A stretch of DNA of 29,731 nucleotides from positions 1 to 29,731 of IMG/VR virus record IMGVR_UViG_3300017767_000074. The stretch is one strand, 5' to 3'. Shown piece after piece: positions 1 through 10,081 of this stretch. The notes below the pieces were generated by a model. That model was not told the origin of the DNA, did not search any database, and saw only the letters and a list, made by a program, of their open reading frames with translations. Origin of the DNA: a virus. Taxonomy: Duplodnaviria; Caudoviricetes. How positions within the stretch are numbered: position 1 is the first letter of the stretch; every line of letters starts with the position of its first letter. The position numbers and the translations under genes are program-made.

Positions 1-2
1 TC

Positions 3-1448
3 ACGGAGACAGAGATTGTTCAGGAGCGAATTGAACAATCCCTTGGTGAATTTGTAACAGATGTTAAGATTCGTCCATACGCACGCTCAAAGGCAGTTTA
101 CTTCCGAGCAGAAGGTCTTAAACCAAATTCCAAGTTCTTTTTCTTCATCGATGGTATTGATGTTACAGAATATGCACACCTTTTAACACGTGATGATATT
201 GTAAACAGTCATGATCACACAGAAACAGCAATTCTTACAAATGACATCGAAACACAAGTGACTAAGTTTCTTACAAACAATCTTTCGGTTCCTACTTGGT
301 TTGGAACGCGTTGGTATAACTTAAAGGCTTCTGATCGTGCATTTGTAACCGACCCTGCAAATCGTATTGCTGGGGCAGGGAAACAGTTTTGGAGTTATGT
401 TACTAAAATTATTGAAACAGTTGAGGCGGGGCCCGCAAGCGCTGCTGAAAAAGAAAGACTAATTAATGATTTACTTCCAGGCTTTGATCAATCCAGCTTG
501 ACACAATATGATGGGGCTGATGAAGCAACACTTCTTGAGACGTTTGTTACTTCTGATGTTATTTCTGATACAGATGGCATTGTAGAAGGTGTGCTTATTA
601 TTCCTAATAACGATAGCCTTAAATTCTCTTCTGGAGAAAAGACTATTACTATTACAAATTCACCACGTAATTTGGAAGATGAATCTACAAGCAACGCTTT
701 GGCAAGATACATCTCTAATGGTCTTCAAACAAACAAGCAGACTATAAGCATTAGCGCCACACTTCCTCGAATTACTACAACTACAAGAACTGAAAGACGT
801 ACACGACGGTGGGATCCAATTGCTCAGACTTTTAGGGTTACGGATGAAACAGGTATTTTTGCCACGTCAATTGATCTTTTCTTTGCAGGGAAACCAAGCG
901 AGAGCACAAAGGTTCCTATTAAATCTTACATCGTAACAACGGTTAATGGTTATCCAACTGGAGATATTGTTTCAGGTAGTGAGTCAACCGTTAACTGGGA
1001 AGATGTCGGAACAAGTGCGGATGGATCTCTTGCAACCACATTTAAATACCCTTATCCAGTTTATCTGTCTGCTGACACCGAATACGCAATTGTTTGTTTC
1101 TCAGCAAGCTCAGAGTACACTGCTTTTATCGCAGAACTTGGAGGTGATAAAACGGATCTTATCACAGGTCAAATTATTACTTCACAGCCTGCACTTGGAT
1201 CGTTTTTTGCAAGTTCTAATAAAACAACTTGGACCGCAATACAAAACAGGGATTTAAAATTTAGCTTAAAACGCGGATCGTTTGCAACCGGCGAAACTGC
1301 TTCGCTTGTCGCTTGTCCACAAGTTGGAACACATCTTGGCGAAATTGATGCATCTATAATTTCTAATAATACAGGTTGGGATGCACTTACTTGTACTGTT
1401 ACTGTTGAAGCGCCATTCACAACCGTAATTGATTCAGATGGTAACTAA
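3..1448 (+). CDS. Large virion structural protein (DUF4815/VrlC-like), 5'-truncated by the window edge; frame stops at TAA 1446-1448
   Basis: The frame is open from nt 3 (TETEIVQERIEQSLGEFVTDVKIRPYARSKAVYFRAEGLKPNSKFFFFIDG), so the GTG at 258 is internal. Motifs WDPIAQTFRV, GIFATSIDLFF, YPVYL..DTEYAIV and QPALGSFFASSNKTTWT...DLKF match large structural proteins of T4-like phages. Confidence 0.8.
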   Translation, partial: TETEIVQERIEQSLGEFVTDVKIRPYARSKAVYFRAEGLKPNSKFFFFIDGIDVTEYAHLLTRDDIVNSHDHTETAILTNDIETQVTKFLTNNLSVPTWFGTRWYNLKASDRAFVTDPANRIAGAGKQFWSYVTKIIETVEAGPASAAEKERLINDLLPGFDQSSLTQYDGADEATLLETFVTSDVISDTDGIVEGVLIIPNNDSLKFSSGEKTITITNSPRNLEDESTSNALARYISNGLQTNKQTISISATLPRITTTTRTERRTRRWDPIAQTFRVTDETGIFATSIDLFFAGKPSESTKVPIKSYIVTTVNGYPTGDIVSGSESTVNWEDVGTSADGSLATTFKYPYPVYLSADTEYAIVCFSASSEYTAFIAELGGDKTDLITGQIITSQPALGSFFASSNKTTWTAIQNRDLKFSLKRGSFATGETASLVACPQVGTHLGEIDASIISNNTGWDALTCTVTVEAPFTTVIDSDGN

Positions 1449-2270
1449 ACTAAAGTTGCGTTCCCTGGTGGAGTTACTGCAACAGCTGTTCCGGTATTTA
1501 ACCCCGCAGATGATTCAATTTCCCGCATTGATATCACAAAGAAAGGGTTTGGCTATCTTGAAGCGCCGACAATAACTATTAGCGACAGCAGTAGTAAAAC
1601 AGACGAAACAATAAAAGGAACTCTTAACAAATATAAAGTCGGAGCTTTTGCTTTAAATCAAAAAGCAATTAATCTTGGCGGTAAAACATCTATTCGAAAC
1701 GAAATTTACTTTTCTGGTGTTAAATACGATGTTACAGCAGGACTTCCAATTGAATATATTAGTAATGAAAATTACGAAATTCAAGCAGATAATTTTAAAG
1801 ATACGCGCATTGAAACATTCTTTAGCTCTAATGATGAAAGGTTAACTCCAGTTATTAACAGGGATCTTTCCCTTGAAACACGAAACTATTTTATATCCGA
1901 AACAGGAGATACTTCTCAATATGTTACTCGTGAAATTACCCTTGATAATTTAAGCGATCAAATCGATATTTACCTTGATGTAAATCGACCTTCTTCTACA
2001 TCTGATGTAGAAGTATATGTTCAGCTTAAAGATACAAACGGTCAAATTATCTCAAGTACCGAGACAGATACAGATTGGCATACGGTTTCTCCGCTAGATC
2101 CTACGTCAATTCCAATTAATGTTGATAGAACAATTTTTAATGAAGTAAGATTTAACCTTAATACCGGCACAACTGAATTTAGTTCGTTTATAATTAAAAT
2201 TGAATTGCGTGGAAAAAATTACGGAGATGCTCCATTCGCAAAAGATTTGAGAGCGGTTGCAACCGTTTAA
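1449..2270 (+). pseudogene. Start-less in-frame continuation (273 codons) of the preceding structural gene
   Basis: Hand translation in the same frame after the TAA gives TKVAFPGGVTATAVPVFN...ISRIDITKKGFGYLEAPTITIS...SQYVTREITLDNLSDQIDIYLDVNRP...DVEVYVQ...FSSFIIKIELRG...APFAKDLRAVATV*. This resembles the usual C-terminus of the family. There is no in-frame ATG or GTG, which is why the ORF track misses it. Confidence 0.8.
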
Positions 2271-2271
2271 T

Positions 2272-2481
2272 ATGAATGAATCAAAAAGACAAATTGCCGA
2301 TAACCCCCATTTGGTAAAAAATTTAAATACCGGAATTATTACCAATACAGATAAAGAAGGTTATAAATCAGCACTTGCTAGAAAGAAACGTAATAGAGAA
2401 ATTAAAGAACTTAAACAAGAAGTTTGCGATTTAAAAGAAAGAATTATTAAATTAGAAGCTGTGATGTACAGTGATAAATAG
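2272..2481 (+). CDS. Small conserved coiled-coil phage protein
   Basis: ATG at 2272, 1 nt after the upstream stop. The pattern NPHLVKNLNTGIITNTD plus a C-terminal coiled coil resembles the small gene that usually follows this structural gene in T4-like phages. Confidence 0.7.
   Translation: MNESKRQIADNPHLVKNLNTGIITNTDKEGYKSALARKKRNREIKELKQEVCDLKERIIKLEAVMYSDK
2473..2480 (+). promoter_or_regulatory. Late promoter candidate GATAAATA
   Basis: NATAAATA box 23 nt upstream of the fibre ATG. Confidence 0.5.
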
Positions 2482-2503
2482 ATCTACAAGAAAAATTTAA
2501 TCT

Positions 2504-5500
2504 ATGGCCTACGACTTTACTTTAACACGAATTGACAATACCGACACGTTTAAAGAGTGGGCGGATAAATGTAATGCTATAATCGACGGCCTTAATGCCA
2601 CCGACTTCGTTACAAATACAGAGGGTATAATGACCCTTGCCTCTAATCAAACAGTTACTGGTATAAAAACTTTTAGCCAGTCTACAAATTTTAGTGGCAG
2701 TGTTTTAATTACGGGTGATTATTCGTTCGGTGGTACCACAGGAACAATCAGCACGTCAACTTTAAATATCAGCTCTGGTAGTTCTACAACCGGCGATGGT
2801 ATTCAATTAATTGGTGCCAAAGGTATTGGTTTTAAATCTTCTGCTTCATCTAATGCTGCTTCTCTTAAATTTGAAAATGCGGGCACCCCAGAAAAACTTC
2901 AGTTTAATTACGCGGGAAGCGAGACAGGAATTTTTGAAATTGCTACTGGAAATAAACTAGCACTTGCAGGTACATCTCCAGTCCTTACCGTTAATAACTA
3001 TGATTGGAATTTGCCTGGAACTTCTCCTGGAACCACCGCTTCTCTTTTAAGATGGAGTGGAGGAGGTTCACCAGATGTCGAATGGTTTGCTCAAAGCACG
3101 CTTGAAGGTAATATTGCTACTTCGGTTCGATCACTTTTACAAGCAGAAAACTTTACTTTACCTGTTAATCTTATTCCAGTTGGAACGATGATTGCGGTGG
3201 ACGCAAGGATTCTTGATTCCTGGGCAACAGAAGGTAGTCCAGCCGAATTTACCAAATGGGATGGTGCTCCAGGATGGTTGCCATGCGACGGGCAAACTAT
3301 TTCATATGATGAAAATGCAAGCCCTGCTGATATTACTTATAAAGAAATTGTTGAACTTCTTGAAGGTCTTAACAGTCCTTCTGTAAGTGGCAGCACTACT
3401 CTTCCGGATACAATTGGTTCTCCTAGTGATGAAGATCCTATTGGAGGTAATGCAATTGTTTACCTTATTAAATATAAAAGTGATGATGCCACAGCATTTG
3501 CTGTTAGTTCTGTTACTGGTGCAAGTGGTGCTGACGGTGTACAACTTTACAACAGTGCCGGTGCTGCAGTTTCTTCTTTCGACATTACAGGAGGTAAAAT
3601 TGGCTTAAACATCGACACCGCAGATTTTACTTTTGGTTCAGGAGGTGAACTTAGTCTTACCGCAGATATTGATACAACTGCAACCGCAAACACGATTGCT
3701 AAAAGAGATTCCACCGGAGCTCTTGCAGTTGGTGAACCAACCGCTGACGACCATGCCGCTACAAAGGCTTTTGTTGATAAAGTAGTTGGTGAAAGAGGCA
3801 GTACAATTTCTTTTCCCGAACTTATGGACGGTCATCAATCTTTTGCGGATAAAGAACTTTCATTGAGCTTAGTTGGCAGAGGAGGCCGAGGATTAGCAAC
3901 AGGAATTAATCGTTTTGAGCGCCACGGGGAGCGAATAAGTGAAGGTACCATGGTTGCAAATCGTGGATTTAATACTTTTTCTCCAGTCACTGATCAAGAT
4001 GCAATTTTTAAACGTACAATTTGTACTGCTAACAATTTCTTTTTTATAGATAATGATGATATTATTTACGGGACCGGTAGAAACGCCGAAGGCCAAATTG
4101 GTCAAAAAGATCGGGGAACCACCGGAGATTTTGAAACCTTTTATACTCAATATCATCAAAGTGGACAACAGCCCTATAATGATGACTTTGTTGAACTTCC
4201 GGTTCCTGCGCTTCTTCCACAAAAGAGCGAGTGGTCTGCAAACGCAGTTACTGTAGATACTGTTGCATATTCAAATTCTGCTGATAATCCAACAATCGTG
4301 GTTAAAACCAAAGATGGTATTGGTAATGAATACGAAAGCGGAAGCCGCACTCAAGGTTTAGAAAAATACGAAACAGACTCAAGTGTTCCTTATACTCGAG
4401 GATGGTTAATTGGTTCCAGTGATAATACTTATGGATCAATAGGGTTGGGAACCAATTTTAGCGGGGAAATAGTAACTACCACTTCCAATGGACATAATCG
4501 AGGAACTGCTATAACACTAGGAGCCGCCACTTCGGTTCTAAGTGAAGGGATTTTAATCCCAGGAGGTCGAAGAAAAATACTTGTAGGAGGCCAAGAAGTG
4601 CGTCAAGTTTTTACCGCGGCGCAAATGAATCAGGGCCCGAATAACTTTAACATTCAGAATAACACTAATACTGTTCAATATTACGCTTTTCTTGATGAGG
4701 ACGATTCCGGCGGGCCAGAGCCAGGTAATGCTTATAAGTTTTACATATTTGCTGTTGCTCCGATTAGTATTACTAATGTACGGACTGGTGGCTCAATTCG
4801 ACCTCAAATTGGATTTAGGAGAGATAATGACGGGGTCTTTGACTATTTTGCGATGACCTTGACGTCAAGGGCTTCTTCTTTTACTCCGATAGTAAGGGTC
4901 CCTACCGCGAAGAGCAGCGTCGAACGCGACCTTCCTGCAATTGCAAAGCTTGTCTATTTTGCGCAGGAAGAGACTGATGATGATGGTGAAGAAGGTGAAA
5001 AGTTTCCCTTTGACTATAATGACAAGATTATTCTACAGGGCCTTCAAGAGTCTACTTTTGAAATGGGAAGTTCTGAAAATATTGTTCCTGCCACTAACGC
5101 AAGAACATCATATACGACATTAGGTCCCCGTGTGTTTGGCATTCAAGGTGCCGGTGCAAGTCTTTGGGCTACATTCGGAGCAACTGATACAGAACGCGAA
5201 AGCGGAATAAGCGCAGCGCTTGCGGCTGATACTACTTTTAAAGATAAGATCAACAAGCGGTTTCATTACTACAAGCGCAATGCTACTCTTGCGGGCGGCT
5301 TAGGTGTAGATGATTCAGCAGCTCTTGCACAATGGAAAACCAACCTTGGTTTTAGCGGATCTGAAACGTTTAATCAATTTTCTTATTACGTTAAAAAGTC
5401 CGCTGTGAGTGAGCGAGGTTCTTGGCTTATTGTTGGTAAACCTGGAAATGAAAGCGATAATGAATTATGGTTTGCCGGTTCTAGTGCAACAGGACAATCG

Positions 5501-6712
5501 GGTAATGGAGATACGTCAGGAGCTATTACACGACATGTTCCGGTTGTATTTGGAAGTACATCAGTTGCCGGAGGATCTATTACTCAGCAATCGTCAGGCG
5601 TATTTAAAAAATCAACCGATCACGGATATGAAGATTTTGAAAGATTGGAAGTTCGTAATAAATTTTATTACATTGTTCGCGGAGATACCCAAAACAGAAA
5701 TTTAAGCAACCGATTCAGACTATTCGAAAGTGCAAGTGACGCTTTTGACGCTATTATAGAGAAAGACCCGAATTCATCTGGTATTGCTGCAGCTAATTCT
5801 AATAAGTATGCAGACGACGCTATTACCGAAGCGGTTATAAGGCATTATCCAAAGCTTAAAGGAGTATTTGATATATCTATTGGAACATCAAGTATCGAAT
5901 CAGCGCATGACTATGTATTAGTTCGCAGAACAACTGATACAACTTCTGATACCAACCAATTGGATGCTCTGGCCGAAAGTTCTTTAGCTAGTGATAAGAT
6001 TAATGTATTGGGATTTGGATCAAATCGACAAAGACAATTAACTGCATCAGGTGATCAGAAAGTATTTCCAATATCAATACAATTAAATACGACCGATAAA
6101 CCGGTTGATATTATTGCAATTAGTAATAGCAATGTTTCATTTGTTGTTACCGAAAATACTTCTACAGCAGCCCGCACATTAAAAGTAGCGGGTGATAGCT
6201 CAACCGGATTAACCGACACTGGAGTTATTACTGGTAATACCGGAGGATTTATTTCATCAGAAACTCTTAGCTCCAGCTGGTCTGTAAGTAAAGTATTTGC
6301 GCAAGCTGGAGTTAATTCTACCAACTTATCCACGGTTTTTATTGTAGCAGAATCAAAAACAACCGCAGGAAATTATGCTTTGTTTGCGGCTGGGAAAAAC
6401 CTTAAAGAACGATTTGGAACTCCTCACGGAGTGGATAACACTGGAGTTGCCGTAGCTATAGACAATTATATAAGAGTACCATTTCCTGAAGATCCTTCAA
6501 ATATCGTATCAATTCAAGGTATTCAAGGTACATCTGGACCGGCTACCTTTGCTCTTTGTAAAACACCAGAGTCTGGTGAAACTGCAGAAGAATTTTCTGC
6601 AAAGCCAGGAAGGGTTTATGGTGCTGGATTATCCAAACATTATTTCGGAAATGAAAGCAGTGCCATTACTCATACTTGGCACCAGATCGACGGACAAATT
6701 GTGTCTACATAA
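2504..6712 (+). CDS. Tail fibre / receptor-binding protein with collar-like domain and RCC1-like repeats
   Basis: N-terminus IDNTDTFKEWADKCN; G/S/T-rich shaft; collar-like PVGTMIA...PGWLPCDGQTI...TTLPD...YLIKY; EPTADDHAATKAFVD fibre motif; several RCC1-like blades (IYGTGRNAEGQIG, LWFAGSSATGQSG, VLGFGSNRQRQL, LFAAGKN, VYGAG). Confidence 0.75.
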   Translation: MAYDFTLTRIDNTDTFKEWADKCNAIIDGLNATDFVTNTEGIMTLASNQTVTGIKTFSQSTNFSGSVLITGDYSFGGTTGTISTSTLNISSGSSTTGDGIQLIGAKGIGFKSSASSNAASLKFENAGTPEKLQFNYAGSETGIFEIATGNKLALAGTSPVLTVNNYDWNLPGTSPGTTASLLRWSGGGSPDVEWFAQSTLEGNIATSVRSLLQAENFTLPVNLIPVGTMIAVDARILDSWATEGSPAEFTKWDGAPGWLPCDGQTISYDENASPADITYKEIVELLEGLNSPSVSGSTTLPDTIGSPSDEDPIGGNAIVYLIKYKSDDATAFAVSSVTGASGADGVQLYNSAGAAVSSFDITGGKIGLNIDTADFTFGSGGELSLTADIDTTATANTIAKRDSTGALAVGEPTADDHAATKAFVDKVVGERGSTISFPELMDGHQSFADKELSLSLVGRGGRGLATGINRFERHGERISEGTMVANRGFNTFSPVTDQDAIFKRTICTANNFFFIDNDDIIYGTGRNAEGQIGQKDRGTTGDFETFYTQYHQSGQQPYNDDFVELPVPALLPQKSEWSANAVTVDTVAYSNSADNPTIVVKTKDGIGNEYESGSRTQGLEKYETDSSVPYTRGWLIGSSDNTYGSIGLGTNFSGEIVTTTSNGHNRGTAITLGAATSVLSEGILIPGGRRKILVGGQEVRQVFTAAQMNQGPNNFNIQNNTNTVQYYAFLDEDDSGGPEPGNAYKFYIFAVAPISITNVRTGGSIRPQIGFRRDNDGVFDYFAMTLTSRASSFTPIVRVPTAKSSVERDLPAIAKLVYFAQEETDDDGEEGEKFPFDYNDKIILQGLQESTFEMGSSENIVPATNARTSYTTLGPRVFGIQGAGASLWATFGATDTERESGISAALAADTTFKDKINKRFHYYKRNATLAGGLGVDDSAALAQWKTNLGFSGSETFNQFSYYVKKSAVSERGSWLIVGKPGNESDNELWFAGSSATGQSGNGDTSGAITRHVPVVFGSTSVAGGSITQQSSGVFKKSTDHGYEDFERLEVRNKFYYIVRGDTQNRNLSNRFRLFESASDAFDAIIEKDPNSSGIAAANSNKYADDAITEAVIRHYPKLKGVFDISIGTSSIESAHDYVLVRRTTDTTSDTNQLDALAESSLASDKINVLGFGSNRQRQLTASGDQKVFPISIQLNTTDKPVDIIAISNSNVSFVVTENTSTAARTLKVAGDSSTGLTDTGVITGNTGGFISSETLSSSWSVSKVFAQAGVNSTNLSTVFIVAESKTTAGNYALFAAGKNLKERFGTPHGVDNTGVAVAIDNYIRVPFPEDPSNIVSIQGIQGTSGPATFALCKTPESGETAEEFSAKPGRVYGAGLSKHYFGNESSAITHTWHQIDGQIVST

Positions 6713-6730
6713 AAGATATATATTAACAAC

Positions 6731-7936
6731 ATGGCTACTATACCAACACGAATTATTTTAAAGCATTCATTTAGTCCTGGCGAGATACCTGATACAGATT
6801 CTCTCCGGCCAGGAGAAATTGCAATCAATGCACCTGACAGAAAACTTTTTTATCTTGACGAAAACTCAGGATTGGTTACGTTAAATCTAAACATTGATAC
6901 AGCTGTTGCTACAGAAGTTACACAATTCTTTAATGACACTGGTGTTATTGATGACATTAGTGTTGACACAGATGGAACATTAACCATTACTCGTTCTGAT
7001 TCTACCACAGAAGTTATTGGTAATATTAAAGGTGATCAGGGAGAAGGTCTTGAAATTTCTGGTGTGGTTGATTATGCCGATGATCTTCCTACCTCTGTTT
7101 CTGATCCGGCGCTTGATCCGGTTCTTCAAAGGGAAGGTACTTGCTTTATCGTTAAACTTGGACCAGGAAGCGCAACTGATTCACCTTCAGAATTTGCAAG
7201 TGGGACCGCGCATCTTTATGTTTATAATGGACCTGACTCATCTCCCGAAGGTTGGTCTGACCTTGGCGCATTGGCAGGGGTTGCAGGTCCTACCGGCCCT
7301 ACCGGTCCTACCGGCCCCGCTGGATCAAACGGAGCTGCAGGATCCGCCGGAGCTGCGGGGACCACCGGTCCCACCGGTCCTTCTGGAATTAGAGGACCTG
7401 TTGGTGCTACAGGTATAGCAGGACCATCAGGAGCCACAGGCCCAGCGGGCGGCCTTAGTGTTCGCCCTTATGTTTACACTCATGACATTACTATTGAGGA
7501 TTTTACTAACAGCGGTGGTGATGCAGCCACATTAGAGATTGATGATCACGCGTTTGTAATGACTTCCAACATGGCCATGACATTTCGCAGAGCTGAGATC
7601 GACATTCCTGAGTGGGATACGCTTCAAGGTACACCCGAATTTAAAGTTCTTGCAGGATATAATGCTGGAAGCCCAACAGAACTTGGTACTGTAACAGGAT
7701 TTAGTTCCCCGGTTCCCCAAGCTTTTGATGACCCCAGTGGAAGTGCTGATCCCAATCCTCAGTACTATACCGGTTCTTCTTCCAATGTAAGCGTTTCTGT
7801 TAGTTCTGGAGATGGTATTGTTTTAAAATGTACCGATAATGGGCACACTAATGGTGAAGAAAGCGGATACGGAGGCCGTAGTTCCGTAACTGACTTTATT
7901 CGCGTTCGACTTTACTTCGATGCTCCAGATTTCTAA
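6731..7936 (+). CDS. Collagen-like (Gly-X-Y) fibre protein
   Basis: N-terminus RIILKHS..PGEIP....[16 protein letters not shown] is typical of fibre attachment domains; 19 contiguous GXY triplets; globular C-terminal domain. Confidence 0.8.
   Translation: MATIPTRIILKHSFSPGEIPDTDSLRPGEIAINAPDRKLFYLDENSGLVTLNLNIDTAVATEVTQFFNDTGVIDDISVDTDGTLTITRSDSTTEVIGNIKGDQGEGLEISGVVDYADDLPTSVSDPALDPVLQREGTCFIVKLGPGSATDSPSEFASGTAHLYVYNGPDSSPEGWSDLGALAGVAGPTGPTGPTGPAGSNGAAGSAGAAGTTGPTGPSGIRGPVGATGIAGPSGATGPAGGLSVRPYVYTHDITIEDFTNSGGDAATLEIDDHAFVMTSNMAMTFRRAEIDIPEWDTLQGTPEFKVLAGYNAGSPTELGTVTGFSSPVPQAFDDPSGSADPNPQYYTGSSSNVSVSVSSGDGIVLKCTDNGHTNGEESGYGGRSSVTDFIRVRLYFDAPDF
7277..7447 (+). repeat. Collagen triple-helix repeat, 19 x Gly-X-Y, rich in Thr/Ser (GPT x4)
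   Basis: [57 protein letters not shown]; locally GC-rich 9-nt periodicity. Confidence 0.95.
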
Positions 7937-7952
7937 GAGGAATATATAATAC

Positions 7953-9089
7953 ATGCCCAGGAGATCACGAAAGAATAAACGTTTGCAAAACTCCTGTAGC
8001 GCTATTCTAAAGTCAGCGGAAGATACCGTTGAGAAAAAGCCTGTATTTTGTCTTATCATCCCTTGGATGTCGCTCGGAGGAGCGGATAGATGCGGCTTGG
8101 ATTTAATGGCGCATTACAAAAGTAGGGGATTCAGAATTGTTGTTATATCAACGCGGACCATGCCGCATAAAGATAGCCGGAGAGAGTCTGCATTTATAGA
8201 CTTAGCGGATGATGTTTTTTGTAATAATGATACTGTAGAGATAGTCAAGAATTTACAGCCTATTTATACGGTTGTAAACAATTCACACGAAGCTTACGAT
8301 CAAGCTTGGTCAATCAAAGAAGCTGCGCCGAATACAAAGTTGATTTCTTTGTTTCATATGATTCTCAAGGAACCTTGGGACTTTGAAAAAAGCCTTCAAA
8401 AAGGAACCCCTTTTGATTTGGTACTAACTGTTTCGGATAAGCTTAAGGGAGAGCTTGGTGAAAAAGGCGTAGATAAAAAAATAATTAAAACCCTGTATTG
8501 GTTTGGTTTTTCTGAAATAGAAAAGACTTGGCCTTTAAGGAAAACAGATAAAGATCCCAGGTACGTATTATGTCCTTTTCGCTTTCACTTTCAAAAACGC
8601 CCCGAGTTTGTTTGTGATATTGCCGCAGAATTAGCAAAACTTTTACCAGCTGCTTATATGCCTGTTTTTAAGTTTGTTGGCGACGGAGAACTTTATACAG
8701 CCATTAAAAAACGCGCGGCAGAACTAAAAGCTAGTCATTGGATAGAATTTGAAAAAGGTATTGATTATAATCAAATGCAAGAGTATTATAAACAAGCTAG
8801 TGCGCTTGTTTGTCCTTCGGTTGACGAGGGCATACCTCTTACATATTTTGAAGCAATGCAATGGTCAGTTCCAATGGCCGTTAGCAATGTTGGGGCGGTG
8901 AATGAGCTTGTTCCTTCAAACTATTTAATTGACTTCGAAATAAAAGATGAAGCCAAAGAATACGCCAAGCTTCTGTTTCTACACTTTACGGGACAAAGTA
9001 GAGCAGAAATCCACGCTGCTAGAAAAATAGTAAATGAAAAGTTTTCTAAGAGTGTCTGGGAGAAAAAGGTAGAAAGGTTAATTGGATGA
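7953..9089 (+). CDS. Glycosyltransferase, GT-B fold (GT4-like)
   Basis: N-terminal IIPWMSLGGADR; RFHFQKRPE; FVGDGEL; donor-binding E-x7-E motif PSVDEGIPLTYFEAM...SNVGAVNELV. Confidence 0.9.
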   Translation: MPRRSRKNKRLQNSCSAILKSAEDTVEKKPVFCLIIPWMSLGGADRCGLDLMAHYKSRGFRIVVISTRTMPHKDSRRESAFIDLADDVFCNNDTVEIVKNLQPIYTVVNNSHEAYDQAWSIKEAAPNTKLISLFHMILKEPWDFEKSLQKGTPFDLVLTVSDKLKGELGEKGVDKKIIKTLYWFGFSEIEKTWPLRKTDKDPRYVLCPFRFHFQKRPEFVCDIAAELAKLLPAAYMPVFKFVGDGELYTAIKKRAAELKASHWIEFEKGIDYNQMQEYYKQASALVCPSVDEGIPLTYFEAMQWSVPMAVSNVGAVNELVPSNYLIDFEIKDEAKEYAKLLFLHFTGQSRAEIHAARKIVNEKFSKSVWEKKVERLIG

Positions 9090-10081
9090 AGTTTACAGCA
9101 CATATTGGTTTAGGTAAAACAGGAACATCAGCAATTCAAAAAAGTCTTCACCAGTACAAGGGCGCTTTAAATACGCCAGATAACTGGGCTTGGCCAGATC
9201 TTGTAAACGGCGATAAAATTGATCACAAGTGGCTTAGTATTCACCACACAGTTGATAAGACCAAAGCGCTGTATGATACTATTATTGCTCACTCAAAAAA
9301 GACTGGATGTGATCACGTTATTTGGTCTAATGAAGCCATATCAAGTAATGATCATATGTTGGAATTGTTTAAAGAACTTGTTGAATGGGATGATGATCTT
9401 GAAGTTAATATTATAATTTACATAAGAGAACCAGGCAAATGGTTAAAATCTGCATGGGACCAATGGGGCCTTGTTCATAAAGTTCTTCCTGGTAAACCTC
9501 TCCGCGGACCAAGGGTTGGTAAATGGAATGGACATATTTTACCTGCCTTTGATCGTTGGTTTCAATGTTGGGGGCGTGGTGTTTATAGAAGTTATTTAAA
9601 TTGGAAAGATATTGCTAAAATTAGAATTTATCAAGAAGGTGAAGACGTTATTGACGATTTTAGCGAAGCTGTTGGTATTGACCTTCCTCGCGTTAGGGCT
9701 TATGAAACTTTAACGTCTGCTGAAGTTTTATCTAGAGCGATCTATAATAACACTTATACAGAACCTGTTTCGCCGAAGAAGTTTGACCTTTATAGAAACT
9801 ATTTTAGGAATGGTGGTATTAATGAATATGCTAAAAAGTTTTTTAAGCTACCCAATATAAAACAAAAAATGAAGGTATTATTGAGCAATCCAGACGGTCG
9901 ATTGTTTAAAGATCCTGCTACTCCGCAAGAAAGAACACTAACAAGTGATGATTACAATCGTTTGTTAGATCAGGCAATCATCTTCTCTATTGAAGCTATG
10001 GGGCGTATTGACCAGCTTGAAGATAAAGTTAAAGAACTTTCAAAGAAACCCAATGACAAAGACGGAAACGAAAGTCCCTAA
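9086..10081 (+). CDS. P-loop sulfotransferase-like protein
   Basis: HIGLGKTGTSAIQ (PAPS-binding-loop-like), VIWSNEAIS and IIIYIREPGKWLKSAWDQW, as in sulfotransferase-fold proteins of polysaccharide loci. ATGA overlap with the GT stop. Confidence 0.65.
   Translation: MKFTAHIGLGKTGTSAIQKSLHQYKGALNTPDNWAWPDLVNGDKIDHKWLSIHHTVDKTKALYDTIIAHSKKTGCDHVIWSNEAISSNDHMLELFKELVEWDDDLEVNIIIYIREPGKWLKSAWDQWGLVHKVLPGKPLRGPRVGKWNGHILPAFDRWFQCWGRGVYRSYLNWKDIAKIRIYQEGEDVIDDFSEAVGIDLPRVRAYETLTSAEVLSRAIYNNTYTEPVSPKKFDLYRNYFRNGGINEYAKKFFKLPNIKQKMKVLLSNPDGRLFKDPATPQERTLTSDDYNRLLDQAIIFSIEAMGRIDQLEDKVKELSKKPNDKDGNESP

Noticed and set aside
1446-1448. Alternative genetic code (stop reassignment) as the explanation for the internal stop
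   Set aside because: TAA ends most genes, and TAG (2481, 20913) and TGA (9089, 11194) are also used as true stops. No other gene is interrupted.
7277-7447. GC-rich 9-nt periodic repeat as a CRISPR array or DGR-type repeat
   Set aside because: Fully explained by Gly-X-Y codons; there are no spacers, no reverse transcriptase and no template/variable repeat pair.
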